Below are positions 26,999 through 32,000 of a DNA stretch of 32,000 nucleotides, piece by piece. This stretch comes from an uncultured Alphaproteobacteria bacterium. GTDB lineage: Bacteria > Pseudomonadota > Alphaproteobacteria > Rs-D84 > CACZYB01. Where the stretch lies: the NCBI GenBank assembly GCA_934246625.1, contig CAKQHZ010000001.1, forward strand, positions 120,001 to 152,000, given 5' to 3'. A program made the translations under genes and the position numbers. Position 1 is the first letter of the stretch. The number at the start of each line of letters is the position of its first letter. Below the pieces are notes generated by a model that saw only the letters and a program-made list of their open reading frames with translations, was not told the DNA's origin and did no database searches.

Positions 26999-27713
26999 GT
27001 TCGGTTTTATCAAGAAGACATTTTGAATTTGGGTGATTACAAATGTTTATCAATGGATATGCCTTTGTATCACCTATTTTTTGATAATGCCACCATTCGC
27101 GTTTAATGCCACGAAATCCAGCTTCTGTCATAATGGATTTAAGAAGGTCCCTATTTTTGCACTTATATTCTTCATCTTTTTTGCATTGATAATTACTTGC
27201 GGATTCTGGAACAAAGCTATCAACAGCTGATACAAATTCTAACTTTTTACCATTTTCATCAGCAAGTCCAATATCCAAAGCCAACCCCTTTGAATGGAGA
27301 GAACCTGATTTAAAGGGATTTGAAAGAAATAATGGATTTGGGTCAAGTTTCCACATATACATTTGTGCTTCGTGTGGACGAAAACAATCATACATCACTG
27401 CACGTAATCTTTTTTGTTTTAAAATTTGCTCTAATTTTTGCATATTTGGATATATGTCCTTATGAACATAACAATCATTTATACCAAACTTATAATAAAA
27501 GGCATGATGCAAAAAATTATTATCACGATTATATGACAAATCATTTATAAAATATGGTGAGGTTATTTTGACCAAAGAAAATGATTTTTCAATAAAATCA
27601 ATGGGTAAAGTTGCTTGCATTTCATTTTGTGCAGAAATTTTATTTTTTATACCAAAGATAGTTAAAAACATTATAAAAAAACAGAAAAATGAGATAAAAA
27701 AAGTTTTTTTCAT
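26991..27713 (-). CDS. ddpX: D-alanyl-D-alanine dipeptidase, VanX/DdpX family (peptidase M15D), with N-terminal signal sequence
   Basis: SLHSKGLALD (SxHxxGxAxD) and EWWH zinc/catalytic motifs. Hydrophobic leader FFISFFCFFIMFLTIFGI ... ISA. Confidence 0.8.
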   Translation of the reverse strand: MKKTFFISFFCFFIMFLTIFGIKNKISAQNEMQATLPIDFIEKSFSLVKITSPYFINDLSYNRDNNFLHHAFYYKFGINDCYVHKDIYPNMQKLEQILKQKRLRAVMYDCFRPHEAQMYMWKLDPNPLFLSNPFKSGSLHSKGLALDIGLADENGKKLEFVSAVDSFVPESASNYQCKKDEEYKCKNRDLLKSIMTEAGFRGIKREWWHYQKIGDTKAYPLINICNHPNSKCLLDKTELK

Positions 27714-27790
27714 TTATATTTTCCTATTGTAATTAGTGCATTGTTGTAATATAATATTCTCAATAAAAAATTAAACAAATGGAGGATAAA

Positions 27791-28804
27791 ATGCAAGTTG
27801 TTTTTTGTGATGTTGATGAAAAAACAAGTAATTTTTTAAAAAACGTTGAAAAAATTGATGGTGTCGAATTTATTACTTTTGAAAAAAGTCTTAATGATAT
27901 GAGTGAAGAAGAATTAAAACCTTATTTCGGTGCTGAAATTATCTCAACTTTTGTTTATTCAAGATTAACTCGCGATTTGCTTTCAAAATTCACAAACTTA
28001 AAAATGATTTCTACTCGTTCAACTGGATATAACAATGTTGATTTGGACTATTGCCGTGAAAAGGGTATAAAGGTTGCAAATGTTGTTGGTTATGGTGAAA
28101 TTACTGTGGCCGAATTTGCTGTGGGTGTGCTTTTGAATTTAACAAGAAAAATCAGAACTGCACAAAGAAAACTTAAACATGGTATTGTTAATGTTGCAGA
28201 AGACCTTGGCACAGATTTGTATGGTAAAACTGTTGGTGTTATCGGAACTGGTGCTATTGGAAGACATTTTGCAAGACTTGTAAAGGCTTTTGGTTGTCAT
28301 GTGCTTGCATACGATTTATATCCAAATCAAGCTCTTGTTGACGAAGGAACTTGCGAATATACAGATTTAGAAACAATTTACAAAAAGTCTGATATTATTG
28401 GACTTAACTGTCCTGCAACAAAAGAAAATTATCATATGATAAATGCAGAAAGTATCAATAAAATGAAAGATGGTATTTATATTGTAAATACTGCTCGTGG
28501 TGAATTGATTGATACTGCTGCTCTTTATGATGCTCTTGTTTCTGGAAAGGTAGCTGGTGCTGGTCTTGATGTGCTTGATTACGAAGATGTTATCCTTAAA
28601 AATGATATTGATATTGTTAAAAATAAGGACAAAGATTTTGCATTCTACTCACTTGTAAATCAAAAATTGGTTCAACTTGAAAATGCTATTATTACTCCAC
28701 ATATTGCATTTAATTCTATTGAAGCAAATTTAAGAATTTTAAATACAAGTATGACAAATGTTGTTGATTTTATTAACGGAAAAGAAATCAGATCTGTTGT
28801 TTAA
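27791..28804 (+). CDS. ldhA: D-isomer-specific 2-hydroxyacid dehydrogenase (D-lactate dehydrogenase-like)
   Basis: GVIGTGAIGRHFARL...D NAD-binding fingerprint, NTARG, and the catalytic His in ITPHIAF. The ggagg RBS favours the ATG at 27791 over 27779. Confidence 0.8.
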   Translation: MQVVFCDVDEKTSNFLKNVEKIDGVEFITFEKSLNDMSEEELKPYFGAEIISTFVYSRLTRDLLSKFTNLKMISTRSTGYNNVDLDYCREKGIKVANVVGYGEITVAEFAVGVLLNLTRKIRTAQRKLKHGIVNVAEDLGTDLYGKTVGVIGTGAIGRHFARLVKAFGCHVLAYDLYPNQALVDEGTCEYTDLETIYKKSDIIGLNCPATKENYHMINAESINKMKDGIYIVNTARGELIDTAALYDALVSGKVAGAGLDVLDYEDVILKNDIDIVKNKDKDFAFYSLVNQKLVQLENAIITPHIAFNSIEANLRILNTSMTNVVDFINGKEIRSVV

Positions 28805-28825
28805 AATCATTTAATATAAAAAATT

Positions 28826-28853
28826 AAAAGAGAGTTTTTTAACTCTCTTTTTT
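28826..28853. terminator. bidirectional terminator hairpin overlapping the 3' end of the VirB6-like CDS
   Basis: 11-bp hairpin aaaagagagtt-tttt-aactctctttt with U-rich flanks on both strands. Confidence 0.7.
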
Positions 28854-31319
28854 ATTTAGGGCTTCAAGTTTTGGAGCCTTTTGTTTTGATTTACGTTTTT
28901 TATAATTTTTAATTTCTTGTTGAACGAAATCTTCTATGGTATCGGAATCATATTCATCAATACTTTCGAAATCCTTTCTTATTTTACGTAATTTTTTATT
29001 TAACATAGAAAGTTTTCTGCGGTCCATAAAAATAACATCTTTGTTCATTTCATTTTCAATTTCAGAAGTAAGACTTTCAACTTCGTTATTCTTTAAAATC
29101 AAATATAAATCCTTCGCATTGATTTCATTTTTGTGATATTTTTGAAGATTTTCACGGAATGCGACATAAGACTTCATTCCCTCAAGACGCTTTTGTTCCT
29201 TATAGTTTTTAGATTTTACTTCGGCTTCAACTTCGTTTAAAAGTTTTCTGTGCTCTGGTATAATTTTACCACCTTGATTTATATATTTTATCAAAGCACG
29301 TTTTTGATTACGTCCTATGGTATCACTGTTCCTTATATAATTTTCCATTTCTTGTTTAAATATATCAGATTTAACCTTTGCAAATGGATTATCATTTTGT
29401 GGATTTTGAGAATCATTTTTGACATCACTAACAACTTTTTTAAGATGTTCATTGTTATTTACCAAATCTTGATTTTCCATATAATCATCAGAAAGAACGA
29501 TATCTTGAAGCATTGTTTTTTCTGTATCATCAAGCTGTTTATAGCTTTCATATTTTTCAAGTGCGGTATCAATTTTTTCATTTTGACGTTGACGAGTTTC
29601 ATTATACTTTTTTGAACGTTCTTCGTATTCCTTTTTAACCTCGTCTGTGGATTTTGTTTTATATGGACCTTCATTATCTGTTTCAGGAGCGAATTCAGAA
29701 TCATCAAGATTTTTTCCATTTTCATAAAGGTCTACTGCCTCATCAATAGGAATATCAAAAACAGTAATATCTTCGTTATTACGTTGTTTTTCTTTAAGTT
29801 TTCTTTTTGCTTCGAATTCATTATTAAATTTGTCTTTTAAAGCTTCTGATTTAAGATAACTGTTGGCTTCTCTTGAAACACCATTTTTAACATATCGAAT
29901 TGTGCTTATTGTAATATTTTTAAGTCCGTTTAAAATAGTATCCTCACCTACACCACTTCCAATGGCAGAGCTGAACTTTCCAGCCATAGAATTGCTTTCT
30001 GATAACAAATAATATGAAATAAGACATACAAACATAGATGAAATTATAATTGTTGGATTAAGCAATATTGTTGCAAGAATTTGATTTGTATCACTGAATA
30101 AATTGACACCATTAAATATTGATGAAGCAGTTACAATTTTTCCGTCATTACCAAGCGAATCCAATAATGATTTTAAAGTTATATCAAATGGTCCAGCATT
30201 AAAATTTGTAGTTAAAAGTTCGTTTAATAAATAAGTTGATATGGTCATAGCAACCGATAAAAATGCTATTCTGAAAGTGCATTGGACGACATTAAAGAAT
30301 AATGGCTTTGATAATTGTCCTCGGGTATTTTTAAATGTCCACGCACCTATTGTGATTGGCATCATAACACCAACCATTGCAAGTTTAACAACTATATCTA
30401 AAAGAATAAGTAAATATGTAAAGGCTATATATAAAAATGCAACTGCGATACAAAGTCCAATAAAAAATGTTAAAACATTCGCAAGAAATGTTATTACCAA
30501 ATATATTTTTATAAAAAACATTATTATGGTATAAAGAATACCCCAGCCACCAAGTTTTGATAAAACCAAATTTTCAATCGTTTGCACGGCTGTTGTATTA
30601 TATACAAAATCCAAAAGTTTAAATTCACCCATACCTATGCCTGCACGAGCCATTATTTTCAAACCTAATTGACTTCCTGCATTATACGTATTTTCATATT
30701 CACGAGTAATGCACATAAGATTACGTAAAGTTTCTTCGTTTGCACTCATTTCATCAACAGATAAATTTGTTTTTTGATAATGGTTTAATACCTTTGTAGC
30801 ATAACTTGATAATTTAACATCATCACAAGAAAAATTTTGAACCTTAAAGCCACCTAAAAAACTATCAGTAGAAACATTAAATAATTCGGTATCGGCCCTT
30901 GCCTCTGTTAAAACCCATTTTGCAAAATTGGGTCCCATATTCATAATTGGGTCAATGGTATAGCTGAAAATTTCCTTTGCAGGAAGTGAAAGAAATGAAA
31001 GCACAAATGTATAAGCCAATAATTTTACAAAAACTTCTTTTAAAAAAGAAAATGTATTACCCTTTTGCTCCTTTATCGCATTAGTCCAAATATACCAAAT
31101 AAACCAAAATGCCATTGCGATAATAAGAATTTTTTGAAGTATTGGAACAAACTTATCATACAATTTATATACAAAATTAAAGACATATACATATATACCC
31201 TCAAGTATATTACAGCCCCAACAATTTTGTAGTTGTTGTGAAGAAGTATCACTTGCAAATAAAACATTGCTGGACAACAAAAACAATAATGAAAACCACA
31301 ATAATAATTTTTTCTTCAT
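28839..31319 (-). CDS. virB6: TrbL/VirB6-like type IV secretion inner-membrane channel protein with about 350-aa charged C-terminal extension
   Basis: 826 aa. Signal peptide, then a multi-span hydrophobic block of about 420 aa in TrbL/VirB6 style, then a K/E/N/D-rich hydrophilic tail. The aagga RBS lies within the end of the upstream paralog. Confidence 0.6.
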   Translation of the reverse strand: MKKKLLLWFSLLFLLSSNVLFASDTSSQQLQNCWGCNILEGIYVYVFNFVYKLYDKFVPILQKILIIAMAFWFIWYIWTNAIKEQKGNTFSFLKEVFVKLLAYTFVLSFLSLPAKEIFSYTIDPIMNMGPNFAKWVLTEARADTELFNVSTDSFLGGFKVQNFSCDDVKLSSYATKVLNHYQKTNLSVDEMSANEETLRNLMCITREYENTYNAGSQLGLKIMARAGIGMGEFKLLDFVYNTTAVQTIENLVLSKLGGWGILYTIIMFFIKIYLVITFLANVLTFFIGLCIAVAFLYIAFTYLLILLDIVVKLAMVGVMMPITIGAWTFKNTRGQLSKPLFFNVVQCTFRIAFLSVAMTISTYLLNELLTTNFNAGPFDITLKSLLDSLGNDGKIVTASSIFNGVNLFSDTNQILATILLNPTIIISSMFVCLISYYLLSESNSMAGKFSSAIGSGVGEDTILNGLKNITISTIRYVKNGVSREANSYLKSEALKDKFNNEFEAKRKLKEKQRNNEDITVFDIPIDEAVDLYENGKNLDDSEFAPETDNEGPYKTKSTDEVKKEYEERSKKYNETRQRQNEKIDTALEKYESYKQLDDTEKTMLQDIVLSDDYMENQDLVNNNEHLKKVVSDVKNDSQNPQNDNPFAKVKSDIFKQEMENYIRNSDTIGRNQKRALIKYINQGGKIIPEHRKLLNEVEAEVKSKNYKEQKRLEGMKSYVAFRENLQKYHKNEINAKDLYLILKNNEVESLTSEIENEMNKDVIFMDRRKLSMLNKKLRKIRKDFESIDEYDSDTIEDFVQQEIKNYKKRKSKQKAPKLEALNKKES

Positions 31320-31320
31320 T

Positions 31321-32000
31321 TTATGTATTATCCTTTATTTGTTCGTCCAAATCATTTGCATCTTCACGAAGAGCTTCGAATTTCTTTATTATATCAGATG
31401 TATCTTTTTTTAACAACTTTGTTGTTATTTCACGACCAAATGATTTTGCCCAAGTGCGAGTTGAATTAACAAGTTTTAAGAAGGTTCCGCCAACTTTAAA
31501 CATATAACCACTTACTATTCCTGAATAAGTATCAAGATTTCCCATAATCATCAATGAAAGTAAGCCAAGTGTGAATATAGGGAAAAAACTTCCTCCTGGG
31601 TTTTGAAGACTTGGCATTTCAAAAAGTATATCCTTTGATACTAAACAAGATTGTATTTTTGAAACATTCCCATTCGCAAGGTTAAAGCAATTTGCAAAGG
31701 CTTCGCTTTTCATTAAGGTATCTGTTTGACTTGCAACCAAATCATTATAAATAAAATCAGGAAACAAGTATGTGAAATTATCAAGTGGCCCTGGGTAATA
31801 CATATCACCAATAAAAATAAATGATGAATATATAATGCCTAAAAATATACAATACATAATGATTTTAAATGCCATACCAAACAAAGACTTAAATCCAGTT
31901 GATGAAAACTTTTTTGTTTCGTCATAGGCATAACCCGCCAACATCACAGGAACAAATGCAATTAAAATTCCGATTGTAAAAACTATATCAATCAAAGTAA
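31321..32000 (-). CDS. second polytopic membrane protein, probable VirB6/TrbL paralog (N-terminus outside the window)
   Basis: The frame is open to the window edge and the track's start at 31995 is a TTG. It has several hydrophobic spans plus a charged tail. Its stop lies 1 nt before the start of the downstream VirB6-like gene. Confidence 0.45.
   Translation of the reverse strand, partial: TLIDIVFTIGILIAFVPVMLAGYAYDETKKFSSTGFKSLFGMAFKIIMYCIFLGIIYSSFIFIGDMYYPGPLDNFTYLFPDFIYNDLVASQTDTLMKSEAFANCFNLANGNVSKIQSCLVSKDILFEMPSLQNPGGSFFPIFTLGLLSLMIMGNLDTYSGIVSGYMFKVGGTFLKLVNSTRTWAKSFGREITTKLLKKDTSDIIKKFEALREDANDLDEQIKDNT

Noticed and set aside
26991-28804. A VanX-like dipeptidase gene adjacent to a VanH-like D-2-hydroxyacid dehydrogenase gene, which might suggest a vanHAX-type glycopeptide resistance cluster.
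   Set aside because: No D-Ala-D-Lac ligase (vanA/B) and no vanRS genes are present. The two genes are divergently transcribed rather than forming an operon. The dipeptidase carries a signal sequence, and the dehydrogenase looks like an ordinary fermentative LdhA.

Overview
AT-rich (about 30% G+C by eye), very densely packed bacterial chromosome segment. It uses the standard genetic code and AGGAG-type ribosome-binding sites. I support about 34 CDSs, one tRNA-Arg(CCU), one candidate structured RNA, several hairpin plus U-tract terminators and a few promoter-like sites. No CRISPR array, transposase, integrase or reverse transcriptase is visible. The left two thirds are mostly housekeeping genes: accD/accA, xth, typA, pfk, map, ppaC, a ferredoxin missed by the ORF track, a BAX-inhibitor-family protein, a CcrM-like GANTC-type methyltransferase, cspA, a RumA-family rRNA methyltransferase and a MATE pump. 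Accessory-looking content is interspersed. This includes a roughly 160-180 nt structured RNA candidate upstream of two tandem secreted proteins with eukaryote-like cysteine-rich repeats, and a TbpB/fHbp-like surface lipoprotein. A tRNA-flanked envelope operon encodes a LysM coiled-coil protein plus a lipoprotein. A cell-wall module encodes a secreted lysozyme-like protein and a periplasmic VanX-type dipeptidase. At the right edge sit two tandem VirB6/TrbL-like type IV secretion channel genes, one carrying a long charged C-terminal extension. The CspA sequence style, CcrM architecture and tandem VirB6 paralogs point loosely to a low-GC alphaproteobacterium-like diderm, but taxonomy cannot be settled from this window. 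All functional calls rest on motifs read from the translations. No database search was run.
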